40,703 bases of DNA from a virus: IMG/VR virus record IMGVR_UViG_3300010285_000005. One strand, given 5' to 3'. The notes under the pieces were generated by a model that was given only the letters and a program-made list of their open reading frames with translations, searched no databases and was not told where the DNA came from. This document shows, in pieces, positions 24,823 through 32,736 of the stretch (position 1 is the stretch's first letter; each line of letters starts with the position of its first letter). A program made the position numbers and the translations under genes.

Positions 24823-25087
24823 TTTTCAGTTGCTGGTATTCTTCAGTTAGCCGTGCAAGCTGGGACTTCGTTGCCATGATCTTGTCTTCAAGTTCCTTTG
24901 CTTTTTCGGCTGTAGGGATCATGTCCATGATTATCCGCATACCGAACATATTGAAAAGCTGTGCAATTTCGTCCTTGCCTTTGGTGTCGCTGATCGACGG
25001 GTGATATGTATAAACGAATTCAATTTTCTTGTAATCGCTGTCACTGACTGGCCTGGAAGTTCGGCTTTCAAATTCTTGTCTTGTCAT
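24812..25087 (-). CDS. First early-operon protein, hypothetical (91 aa)
   Basis: ATG at 25087 lies 9 nt after AGGGGG. The track start is 25111. No HTH is recognisable. Confidence 0.5.
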   Translation of the reverse strand: MTRQEFESRTSRPVSDSDYKKIEFVYTYHPSISDTKGKDEIAQLFNMFGMRIIMDMIPTAEKAKELEDKIMATKSQLARLTEEYQQLKNAE

Positions 25088-25136
25088 TAAGTTTAACCCC
25101 CTGATCTGCATTAGTTCATTTTACTGATCAATTTTT

Positions 25137-25152
25137 GTTCATGATCCTGAAC
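25137..25152. promoter_or_regulatory. Candidate operator palindrome GTTCATGATCCTGAAC at the early-promoter start site
   Basis: Perfect 5-bp half sites GTTCA/TGAAC with a 6-bp spacer. Additional half sites at 25114-25118 and 25240-25244. Confidence 0.45.
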
Positions 25153-25160
25153 CTGATTAC

Positions 25161-25189
25161 ATAATACACTATCTCCACCCCGATGTCAA
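25161..25189 (-). promoter_or_regulatory. Early (lytic) promoter
   Basis: Minus-sense TTGACA (25189-25184), 17-nt spacer, TATTAT (25166-25161). Confidence 0.6.
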
Positions 25190-25228
25190 CACAAAAATAA
25201 AGTTTTCTTAACTTTCATTAAATTTATG

Positions 25229-25257
25229 TTGATTTTTTCTGAACTATAATTTATAAT
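25229..25257 (+). promoter_or_regulatory. Repressor (maintenance) promoter
   Basis: TTGATT (25229-25234), 17-nt spacer, TATAAT (25252-25257). The ATG at 25267 lies about where transcription would start. Confidence 0.5.
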
Positions 25258-25266
25258 GGTAATAAA

Positions 25267-25977
25267 ATGAAATTAAAAGTTATAAACCAACATGAACCCA
25301 CAAGAAACGACAACAGTGAAAGGAAGGATAATCAAAAGACCATGAAAGAATCATTCAAAGACCGTCTTCGTCAGGCCATGACGCTTTGCAACATGAAACA
25401 GGCTGAACTGTCTGAAATCACTGGCATCGGAAAATCAGCAATCAGTCAATATGTTTCCGGCAAATACGAACCAAAACAGACCCCGCTTTATCTTATAGCG
25501 AAAGCCCTCGATGTGAATGAAGCCTGGTTGATGGGCTTTGATGTCCCGATGGAAAAGAATGACACCTATAAAAACGACAAAATTTCTGAAGTTGAAGTAA
25601 AGAAATATCCACTTCTAAAAGCCGTTGACGAAAATCGTACTATATTTGAAGAAGATTCTTTACAAGTCATACTTCCTCACAATTATCTGATCGACGCTGA
25701 TTTTTGTTTAATCGCACCCGACGATAGCATGACGGGGGCGGGTATCAAAAAAGACGACTATGTATATGTGAAAAGTCAGCCGTCAGTGAATAATGGTCAG
25801 ATCGCTGCTATCGTGTGCGGGAAGGAATTGATGCTTCGGCGCATTTTCAAAGAAGGGGACACCTTCATTCTTTCTTCTGAAAACCCCGCATATCCACCGA
25901 AAGTGTTCCCAGCTTCGGGGAAAAACAGCGTCACGATCCTGGGACTTGCAGTCATGACGCAATCGCTAATTAAATAA
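25267..25977 (+). CDS. CI/LexA-like repressor: XRE HTH plus peptidase S24 domain
   Basis: QAELSEITGIGKSAISQYVSG (HTH). S24 motifs APDDSMTGAG (Ser154) and ELMLRRIFKEGDTFILSSENPAYP. An alternative start is ATG 25342 (MKESFKDRL). Confidence 0.8.
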   Translation: MKLKVINQHEPTRNDNSERKDNQKTMKESFKDRLRQAMTLCNMKQAELSEITGIGKSAISQYVSGKYEPKQTPLYLIAKALDVNEAWLMGFDVPMEKNDTYKNDKISEVEVKKYPLLKAVDENRTIFEEDSLQVILPHNYLIDADFCLIAPDDSMTGAGIKKDDYVYVKSQPSVNNGQIAAIVCGKELMLRRIFKEGDTFILSSENPAYPPKVFPASGKNSVTILGLAVMTQSLIK

Positions 25978-25978
25978 C

Positions 25979-25994
25979 GGTTCAAGGTTCAAGG
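25979..25994. repeat. GGTTCAAGGTTCAAGG (two heptamer units), upstream arm of the int promoter cassette
   Basis: Exact reverse complement of CCTTGAACCTTGAACC at 26083-26098. The same 16-mer occurs as CCTTGAACCTTGAACC at 9613-9628. Confidence 0.85.
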
Positions 25995-26036
25995 TTGCTT
26001 CTTATATTTAATATTTTTCATTTTTTTAATTTTTGA

Positions 26037-26066
26037 TTGACAGAAAAAACATGATCAAAGTATAAA
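26037..26066 (+). promoter_or_regulatory. Candidate int promoter
   Basis: TTGACA (26037-26042), 18-nt spacer, TATAAA (26061-26066), within the AT-rich spacer between the inverted heptamer arrays. Confidence 0.4.
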
Positions 26067-26082
26067 ATTCAAGAAATATACA

Positions 26083-26105
26083 CCTTGAACCTTGAACCTT
26101 GAACC
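26083..26105. repeat. Three tandem CCTTGAA heptamers (+CC) between the int promoter and the int RBS
   Basis: ccttgaa ccttgaa ccttgaa cc, read directly from the sequence. Confidence 0.9.
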
Positions 26106-26136
26106 CTAAAAACCACTGAAAGGGGGGTGATGGGTT

Positions 26137-27165
26137 GTGCGAAATCCGAATGGATATGGATCGGTTGTGAAGCTGTCCGGCAACAGAAGAAGGCCATATT
26201 GTGCAAGACGAACCATCGGCTTCAATGAAAAAGGACACCCGATATATAAAGCGATCGGGTATTATGCGACCCAGGACGAAGCACTGATCGCCCTGGCACA
26301 GTACAACAAAACGCCGTATGACCTCGACCTGGCTAAAATTACACTGAAAGGGTTGTATGAATTGTTGATGAAACGTGATGATGAAAAGCAACGTGACAAA
26401 TTCTCAAAATCCACTAAAGCTGCTTTGAGGGCATCGTTCAAGAAAAGCGAACACCTTTGGAACGTCCAATATAGGGAAATCAAAGCGTTCCATATGCAAG
26501 AAATTGTCGATGGTTGTGGTTTAAGTTATGCCACACAAGGTCACATAAAGACCTTCTTCACGAAGCTGGACGAACTTGCACTTGAACTGGACATCGTGTC
26601 GAAGACATATTCATCTTTGATCCGTGTCGATCCTGTACCAGAAACATCGAAAAAACCATTCACCGAAGAAGAAATAAAACTGCTGTGGGAACACAAAGAC
26701 GAACCGTTTGTCGATTCAGTCCTGGTGCTTTTATATTCCGGCTGGAGAATCAACGAATTCCTGTCATTGAAAAGGGAAAATGTGAATATTGAAGAAGGCT
26801 GGTTCAAAGGGGGATCGAAGACCCGCAGCGGAAAGGACAGGATCGTCCCAATCCACAGCAAAATCTTCGACATCGTGAAACGTCAGTATGAAAAGGGAAA
26901 CGAATTCTTGTTTGACTATAAAGCCGAAACGGGCAAAAAATCGTTCAATTATTACGACGGCTGGAATCAAGTCATGCAATCCCTGGGAATGGAACACACC
27001 CCGCACGAATGTCGCCACACCTTCCGATCCAGACTGGACGCTGCTGGTGCAAATAAGGTCAGCATCAATCTGATGATGGGTCATAAATCGTCTGATGTCG
27101 GTGAAAGGGTTTATACACACAAAACGATCGAACAGCTGCGTGAAGCCATTGAAATGATAAAATGA
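26137..27165 (+). CDS. int: Tyrosine integrase with AP2-like N-terminal arm-binding domain
   Basis: GTG start after GAAAGGGGGGTGA. N-terminus NGYGSVVKLSGNRRRPYCARRT. C-terminus HECRHTFRS (HxxR) and GERVYTH (Tyr nucleophile). Confidence 0.85.
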   Translation: MRNPNGYGSVVKLSGNRRRPYCARRTIGFNEKGHPIYKAIGYYATQDEALIALAQYNKTPYDLDLAKITLKGLYELLMKRDDEKQRDKFSKSTKAALRASFKKSEHLWNVQYREIKAFHMQEIVDGCGLSYATQGHIKTFFTKLDELALELDIVSKTYSSLIRVDPVPETSKKPFTEEEIKLLWEHKDEPFVDSVLVLLYSGWRINEFLSLKRENVNIEEGWFKGGSKTRSGKDRIVPIHSKIFDIVKRQYEKGNEFLFDYKAETGKKSFNYYDGWNQVMQSLGMEHTPHECRHTFRSRLDAAGANKVSINLMMGHKSSDVGERVYTHKTIEQLREAIEMIK

Positions 27166-27415
27166 CTATCTAAAATCGAAAACAATTCAAGGATCAAAAC
27201 TTGATTGATCATAAAATTGAACTAATAACGCATTAGTAACAAAAAAGCCGGAAGCCTTGAAATATCAAGAACTTCCGGCGATTTCAAAATTATTATATCA
27301 TAGTTAGTTCAGAAAATCCGATCCTTGAATTGCAAGCGTTTCAAGGCTTGTTCAATTTTCTAAACCGTATAAAACCCCGCAAAATCGTGTTCGTTAGTAA
27401 CACATTAGTAACATA
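27166..27415. other. Probable attP region
   Basis: 250-bp non-coding gap between int and the lysin. Inverted CCTTGAA(27323-27329)-10 bp-TTCAAGG(27340-27346) is a candidate core. Phased 8-mer dyads CTAATAAC/TTAGTAAC (27222-27240) and TTAGTAAC/TTAGTAAC (27394-27412) are candidate arm sites. Confidence 0.5.
27241..27279 (-). terminator. Rho-independent terminator after the lysis cassette
   Basis: Minus-sense GCCGGAAG..CUUGA-UAUU-UCAAG..CUUCCGGC followed by UUUUUU. Confidence 0.65.
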
Positions 27416-28426
27416 TCACACGGGCTGTAAATGCGATTTTTTGACCGCTGCGGTGACTGTTTTTCCGATCCCGATGACCACCCTGTCACCGCTGATCTGA
27501 ATCACGTCATACTGGTCATAATAGGTCTTGAAGGCTTTCCCGTCATAGGTGACGGCCTTCAAGACTTTTACTTTGCCACCGACTTTGATTTCAGCTTCCG
27601 TGGCCTTGCTGATCGTCGATGCATCGACCCAGCCATAAACACCCTTTGTAAAGTTTCCGTTTGCGTCGATTGCCCTGACGTGATAGGGGTGCTTTCCGGC
27701 GACATAGATCGAAGTGATCTTCGCCTTCGACGCTGCGACCCACGAACCGCTGACCGCCGTCGCTGAAGGATAGTGCAAGCCCCCAGCGAAGGAAACAACA
27801 TCACCCACTTTGAAAACCCCGCCTGACGTGTTCTGTGCGTCCTGGACGGGTTTTTCTGTTCCCTGGGTATTTATATTCATCGCAGCAGCAACGTCACGCC
27901 TGAAGCCGTCCATCGTCAGCCCGAAGGCTTTCCAAAGGTGTTCGACATCGCCGTGATTACTGGCGATCCCCAATGCATGACCTTCGCTATGACTTATGAT
28001 AACATTTTCCCCCAGCGGATTCAAGTGATACATTTTGCAAAGATAAGCGAACAGCTGCACGGCTGTCGCATATGTGCGAAGGACATGATCTTTTGTGACG
28101 ATCGGATTCAGATCGACCCAGGAAGCCCCGCCAGTATATTTGATCGTCGCTGGTTCTGTCATTTCGATCCCGATGTGGGTGTTGTTGCAGCTGCCCCCAC
28201 CGTGCCAGCCACGATGATCCCAGGGAAGTAACTGGAAGACGTTATCTTCAGCATCGACGATGCCATGAACAGCGACTTCGACACCTGGTTTATTCCAGTT
28301 GTTGATGAAGACAGAAGCCTTCGGCTGCGGACAGCCGACGCTGTGCAGCATCAGTCCCTTGACAGTGATCTTCCGTCCGGCCTTGTAACAGTCATTTTTT
28401 GTGATGAAAGTTTGTGTGATCGTCAT
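27416..28426 (-). CDS. Endolysin: N-acetylmuramoyl-L-alanine amidase (Amidase_2/PGRP) with C-terminal SH3-like repeats
   Basis: MLHSVGCPQP...WHGGGSCNNTHIGIEM, plus two repeats of FKVGDVV / IKVGGKV type. Confidence 0.8.
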   Translation of the reverse strand: MTITQTFITKNDCYKAGRKITVKGLMLHSVGCPQPKASVFINNWNKPGVEVAVHGIVDAEDNVFQLLPWDHRGWHGGGSCNNTHIGIEMTEPATIKYTGGASWVDLNPIVTKDHVLRTYATAVQLFAYLCKMYHLNPLGENVIISHSEGHALGIASNHGDVEHLWKAFGLTMDGFRRDVAAAMNINTQGTEKPVQDAQNTSGGVFKVGDVVSFAGGLHYPSATAVSGSWVAASKAKITSIYVAGKHPYHVRAIDANGNFTKGVYGWVDASTISKATEAEIKVGGKVKVLKAVTYDGKAFKTYYDQYDVIQISGDRVVIGIGKTVTAAVKKSHLQPV

Positions 28427-28650
28427 TTCTGATCACCGTCCTTTTCTTTCACCCTCGCAGCATCGACCATTCCTTCACCGATTATGTATGCGATCAAGGT
28501 TGCACCAGCCGTGATGATTGCGATGATCTGTTCAATGGTCAGATCGTCTACCCTGAAAGCGGTCAGAACGCACGTCACGAACCCCGTGGCCGCAGCCCAA
28601 AACTTTCGACTTGTCAGCTTTGACTTCCAGTCTATTTTCATACTTTTCAC
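28423..28650 (-). CDS. Holin
   Basis: 75 aa with two TM segments (FWAAATGFVTCVLTAF, IIAIITAGATLIAYII) and a charged C-terminus. Overlaps the lysin start. Confidence 0.7.
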   Translation of the reverse strand: MKSMKIDWKSKLTSRKFWAAATGFVTCVLTAFRVDDLTIEQIIAIITAGATLIAYIIGEGMVDAARVKEKDGDQK

Positions 28651-28653
28651 CCC

Positions 28654-29103
28654 TTATATTTGAATCGTGATGTCTTCCTGGATCGCTTCAATCATTGTCT
28701 GATCGACTTTGCTGGTCAGGGCTTCATCGATTTTTGAAAGTTCATTTTCAATTTCATGCTGTTGATCCGGCGAATGATCTTTCATCAGCTTCAGCTTCAG
28801 CTTCAGGAATTCTTCTTTTCCCTTCAGGCAGTTTTCAATCTTCGCCTTGTTCAGATAGAAGACGATCGCTGCGCCATAAATCCCGCCAGTTGACGGGATC
28901 GTGTACACGAAGATCGAAGTGTCTTTTCCGAACCAGGCGAAGATCGTCGCTGCGATCAGCTGCGAAATGAAGATCAGCTTTGTTTGATCCAGAATCTTTT
29001 TTGAAAACTCTTTTTTACTGCCCGCCGTGATCGATCGCACAGTGTTCATCAAGCCTTTTGTGGGCTGCTTTCGTCGATTCATCGATCCTTGCCACCCGTT
29101 CAC
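28654..29103 (-). CDS. Two-TM membrane protein in the lysis cassette (start uncertain; ATG 29049 possible)
   Basis: LIFISQLIAATIFAWF and GGIYGAAIVFYL, followed by a coiled-coil tail. The 5' end overlaps the XhlA-like gene. Confidence 0.5.
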   Translation of the reverse strand: MNGWQGSMNRRKQPTKGLMNTVRSITAGSKKEFSKKILDQTKLIFISQLIAATIFAWFGKDTSIFVYTIPSTGGIYGAAIVFYLNKAKIENCLKGKEEFLKLKLKLMKDHSPDQQHEIENELSKIDEALTSKVDQTMIEAIQEDITIQI

Positions 29104-29314
29104 GCAAAGAATCCAGATCGGTTTTCATCGTCCTGAAATCGCTTTTAATTTCGTTGATGCCAGCATTGATGTTTTCCAGCTTCACGATCAACGTGGTCAT
29201 TTCAACGGTGTCGTTTTTCGTTTCTTCTTTTAACTCTTTTCTGTTCGTTCGGATCGCTGCGTATATTGCAAGCGCAACGCTGATCACCGAAACATAAGGA
29301 AGAAATGCTTCCAT
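29015..29314 (-). CDS. XhlA-like membrane protein
   Basis: N-terminal TM LPYVSVISVALAIYAAI, then a coiled coil with ...LRERVARIDESTKAAHKRLDE, as in the PBSX XhlA family. Confidence 0.6.
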   Translation of the reverse strand: MEAFLPYVSVISVALAIYAAIRTNRKELKEETKNDTVEMTTLIVKLENINAGINEIKSDFRTMKTDLDSLRERVARIDESTKAAHKRLDEHCAIDHGGQ

Positions 29315-29333
29315 AGCATCACCAGGCTTTCAT

Positions 29334-29369
29334 AAAAAATTGTCCCCCTGGGTATTTCACCAGGGGGAC
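29334..29369 (-). terminator. Terminator between the tail operon and lysis cassette (possibly bidirectional)
   Basis: 10-bp stem gtccccctgg (29342-29351) / ccagggggac (29360-29369). Minus-sense it is followed by AAUUUUUUAU. Plus-sense T-runs follow at 29376-29388. Confidence 0.65.
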
Positions 29370-29398
29370 GTTCCGTTTTTAGTTTTTTATGTCAGACT

Positions 29399-29557
29399 TT
29401 ATGCGCCCAGTGTACCGCCATATTCGACTGGGACGATTTCGGGCAGATTGAAGTCATGAATGATTATATCTGCCACTTGCTGCTTCAGCTTCGCCGGAAC
29501 AGCATCGAATTCGGTTCTTCCTTCGACAACACGACAGGCAAACAACATAGCCATCAT
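29399..29557 (-). CDS. Small conserved tail-region protein (XkdX-position)
   Basis: MMAMLFACRVVEGRTEFDAVPAKLKQQVADIIIHDFNLPEIV. ATG at 29557 with GAAAGGAA RBS. Track start is 29617. Confidence 0.5.
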   Translation of the reverse strand: MMAMLFACRVVEGRTEFDAVPAKLKQQVADIIIHDFNLPEIVPVEYGGTLGA

Positions 29558-29609
29558 TTCACACATTCCTTTCAAGTAATTTTTTATAGCCAGGGCAAAA
29601 GCCCGCAGC

Positions 29610-29834
29610 TTACGCATAGACGATCATCGCCATTTCGACGATGCAGTCTTCCAGGAAAGCGTTGCTTTCCGTCACAGCCTTCAGCTGCGCTTTCAGAAGC
29701 TTGTTTTCATTTATCAGGTTTTCACGTTCCTGCTGTTCGGGCGTTTTGATCAGCGTCCTTGTCCCGTCTTCAAGTTCGACTTCGATATAACCTGGTTTCG
29801 GTTCAAGGGTATAATTTGAAATGGGTCTGTACAC
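29610..29834 (-). CDS. Small tail-region protein with coiled coil (XkdW-position)
   Basis: 74-aa ORF directly after the fibre gene. Confidence 0.45.
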   Translation of the reverse strand: MYRPISNYTLEPKPGYIEVELEDGTRTLIKTPEQQERENLINENKLLKAQLKAVTESNAFLEDCIVEMAMIVYA

Positions 29835-29849
29835 GATCTTTGCCCCCTT

Positions 29850-31127
29850 TTATGATTTCACCTTGATGAAACAGTTCGCACCGTTGACGTTGACGGAAGG
29901 AAGGGTCATTGTGTCCCCCGTCACCTTTGAAGAAAACAGTGTAATCATATTTCCGTTATAGACGAAGCAGAAATAAAGCCGTCCGTCGTTCGCTCTGGGT
30001 ACATATTCGTAATCAGTTAATTGCCAGCTTTTTACTCCCGAAGCCATACTTGTTACGTTGATTGAGCCTGCACCCGGCGGCGAAGAATCGGGATTCTTCG
30101 CATATGCGATGTATGCAGTTTCAGAATGATCGTATGGGTACATGAAGTAATCATCTACGGGGTCATACATAAGAATCCTGGTGCTTGTGTGACGTACAGA
30201 CCAGTTGCTTTCTGTCCAGGCCGTTGCAAGGTTGTCTGTCCAATAACCCGCTGAAGCATAATAGCCACCGCTGTCATAAAGGGACATTAGATAATATCTA
30301 TTGCCCCTTTTGGCGATAGCACTACACCCGAAGTTCGCCTTCGGAATCGATTGACCAGTTTCCGACAGGGCTGGTGTAGTCCCATAATAAACTCTGCTGC
30401 TGTATGTGGTATAAAAATACGTTCCATCATAACCCAGGGGTCTCGATGCCCTATTTGAGACCTTCGTCCAGCTGTTATTCGTGAAGTCCGTGCAATAATA
30501 CACACTGTTTTGATCCACGATAATATAATAACCACCCAAGTATTGAAGGTACGTCGGTGTGCTTGTCCCCATCAACGAAATGGTATAGGTTGTCCACGGG
30601 CCATCAAGCGACGTTGCATAACAGGCGATCGACTGATTTCCCGATTGATAGTAAATGATTGTGCAGTAATGTGTCCCGTCCCATATGGTTTTACAGCGAC
30701 CATAGCTGGTTACACCAACCCAGGGGATCACCTTTTTCCACGTCCCGTTCCTGGGGTCATCGGTGTACCACAGACAAGCTTGAGAAGTATTATCGTATCC
30801 GTTTACAACATGGAAATTGTTCGCACGATTATAAGCCATTGACCAGGTTTGTGTGCTTCCAACACTGACGGTTCGAATACCCCAACCCGACGATGGGAGA
30901 ACCTCTGCAAGTTCTGGATAGGTCAATGTGTCCACCTTTGCGCCGTTTGCTGCAAGGAATTTGTCGCCCAGGGAAGTTCGTTTTGAAAGTACCATATCCC
31001 CAACACGAAGCGAAGCTTCTTTGACACCTGCGTCGATTTTGTCCATATTTTCGTTCATCACGCCAATGTCATAAAAATCATCAGGCGCGGGCTTCGTCAG
31101 TCCCAGGTTTGGCGTCTTCGTCGCCAT
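29850..31127 (-). CDS. Tail fibre / receptor-binding protein
   Basis: N-terminus TPNLGLTKPAPDDFYDIGVMNENMDKIDAG is typical of XkdV-like fibres. The C-terminal half is Trp/Tyr/Gly-rich. Confidence 0.7.
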   Translation of the reverse strand: MATKTPNLGLTKPAPDDFYDIGVMNENMDKIDAGVKEASLRVGDMVLSKRTSLGDKFLAANGAKVDTLTYPELAEVLPSSGWGIRTVSVGSTQTWSMAYNRANNFHVVNGYDNTSQACLWYTDDPRNGTWKKVIPWVGVTSYGRCKTIWDGTHYCTIIYYQSGNQSIACYATSLDGPWTTYTISLMGTSTPTYLQYLGGYYIIVDQNSVYYCTDFTNNSWTKVSNRASRPLGYDGTYFYTTYSSRVYYGTTPALSETGQSIPKANFGCSAIAKRGNRYYLMSLYDSGGYYASAGYWTDNLATAWTESNWSVRHTSTRILMYDPVDDYFMYPYDHSETAYIAYAKNPDSSPPGAGSINVTSMASGVKSWQLTDYEYVPRANDGRLYFCFVYNGNMITLFSSKVTGDTMTLPSVNVNGANCFIKVKS

Positions 31128-31669
31128 TATAAAATCACTTCCTCTCTCAAGTTTGCGTGTGTGTATGCCGAAAGCTGTGCGTGTGTCAGACCTGAAAAGG
31201 CTTGATGTTTGTTGTATTCCAGGCTGATGTCGATCAGCATATTCGCCGGAACAACCTGGCTGACCATCTGGTTCACCACGGGGAAAGCCGTCTTTCCAGA
31301 CAGTTGAACCCTGATCGTTAATGTGTATGTGTCATTCGATAGGGTCATCGTGTACCCGTCAGCCCCGCAGATCGAATCAAGCCTTTCTTTCAGAATCCGA
31401 AAAGTGTATGGAAGCCTTTCGTTCATCTTCGCCAGGATCGTCAGCTTCCGTTCCTGAAGACTGCTTGTCGGGTTCGGCGTGATTGAAATGATCTTTTCAA
31501 GCCTTGCCACCCCGTTTTCCGTCGCATCTTCAATGAATTGATCGTTCAAGGCATTTTCCAGCGCAACCCATAGATCAGACACTTCCGGCTGTTCCGCATC
31601 GACCAGGGCTTTGAATTCCCTGATCGATTGCAGAACGGGGGGAAGATAATCAATCATGTTTCTGTTCAT
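31127..31669 (-). CDS. Baseplate/tail protein XkdU-like (DUF2313-type)
   Basis: MIDYLPPVLQSIREFKALVDAEQPE. Follows the baseplate J gene. Confidence 0.6.
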   Translation of the reverse strand: MNRNMIDYLPPVLQSIREFKALVDAEQPEVSDLWVALENALNDQFIEDATENGVARLEKIISITPNPTSSLQERKLTILAKMNERLPYTFRILKERLDSICGADGYTMTLSNDTYTLTIRVQLSGKTAFPVVNQMVSQVVPANMLIDISLEYNKHQAFSGLTHAQLSAYTHANLREEVIL

Positions 31670-32736
31670 TACGAAGCCACCACCGTTCCACGAATGGGAA
31701 TTTCATCAGCCCCCAGGACTAAATTCGTCGCCGATCCGTTCAATTTTGTTTCCATCACATCGACGATTCCAGGAACATCAAGCAGCCTGTTTTCCAGTTG
31801 ACTGATTCGCACGACGACAGAATCCTGATCTTGCCATGTCGCAGATAATTCCTTGAAGTATGCGTCGATTGCCCCATGAACCGCAGACTGAACCGTGACC
31901 CAGTTCCACCCGCTTTGATAGGTGATGTTTAGTTCGATGTCCACTGGGGTTGCAGCGACCCCCGTCACCGTGACCACATGACCGATCGGTGCAAGGCCGA
32001 CACCCTGTCCGGCGTTCACCGTCGGATCGATCGCCGTCTGTACCGCATCGATCAGTGTGGAAGACGGAACGCTGTGCGTGGAATCGATGATCACCAGCTT
32101 CACCGTCCCGCCACCGTTCCAGGCCGGATATACTTTGACCCCGCCGACACCCGCCATGCTGCCGACCTTCTGTTTATAATCGGCGATGTTCCCGCCGAAA
32201 GCCTGGGAAGAAAAGCTGTTGAAATATCGCTGTCGAAGGGCTTCGGTGTCTTCTTCATCTTCGCCAGGGATCAGCACGTCCGTCAGTTCCGCACTGGTCA
32301 GCCCGTTTATAAACTGGATCGGAAGCAGCGTTCCCGAATCCCCATTTCCTACTGACCCAGCCGTTTCACATTCCAGTTTGAAGACCCCGTTTGAAATTTT
32401 TTCGATTACGGTGTAATTCAAAAGATTCAGGCTGAACCTTGAACCGATCGGAACGTCGATGTTAAATTCACCTTTGCGGATCGCCTTCGTCGCTTTCTTG
32501 ACGTTTATGCCACGTTCAGCAGCCCGCTTGATTAAATATTCCCTGCTTGCCGTGTCCGCAAAGGTTTCATTCAGAATCGTGTCAAGTTGTATGTACATAT
32601 TCTGAAGTTCGACCGCAGCGGGGGCAAGTGCTGTATAAATCAGCGATCCTTCCCTGGTGTCGATGTTCGGATTTGCAGCCGTCACCCTGTCCAGCATACG
32701 CTGAAGAATGGTTTCAAAAGTTATCGATTCAAACAT
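31669..32736 (-). CDS. Baseplate J-like protein (XkdT-like)
   Basis: 355 aa. N-terminus FESITFETILQRMLDRV...NIDTREGSLIYTALAPAA. Confidence 0.75.
   Translation of the reverse strand: MFESITFETILQRMLDRVTAANPNIDTREGSLIYTALAPAAVELQNMYIQLDTILNETFADTASREYLIKRAAERGINVKKATKAIRKGEFNIDVPIGSRFSLNLLNYTVIEKISNGVFKLECETAGSVGNGDSGTLLPIQFINGLTSAELTDVLIPGEDEEDTEALRQRYFNSFSSQAFGGNIADYKQKVGSMAGVGGVKVYPAWNGGGTVKLVIIDSTHSVPSSTLIDAVQTAIDPTVNAGQGVGLAPIGHVVTVTGVAATPVDIELNITYQSGWNWVTVQSAVHGAIDAYFKELSATWQDQDSVVVRISQLENRLLDVPGIVDVMETKLNGSATNLVLGADEIPIRGTVVAS

Noticed and set aside
25979-26105. GGTTCAAGG repeats as tRNA T-arm fragments (tRNA-derived att)
   Set aside because: There is only superficial similarity to GGTTCGAATCC. 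The tandem 7-bp periodicity and the absence of acceptor-stem sequence argue against a tRNA origin.
26026-26391. 121-aa minus-strand ORF spanning the int promoter region and the int 5' end
   Set aside because: It runs through AT-rich intergenic DNA and the heptamer arrays, is antisense to int, and has a low-complexity translation.
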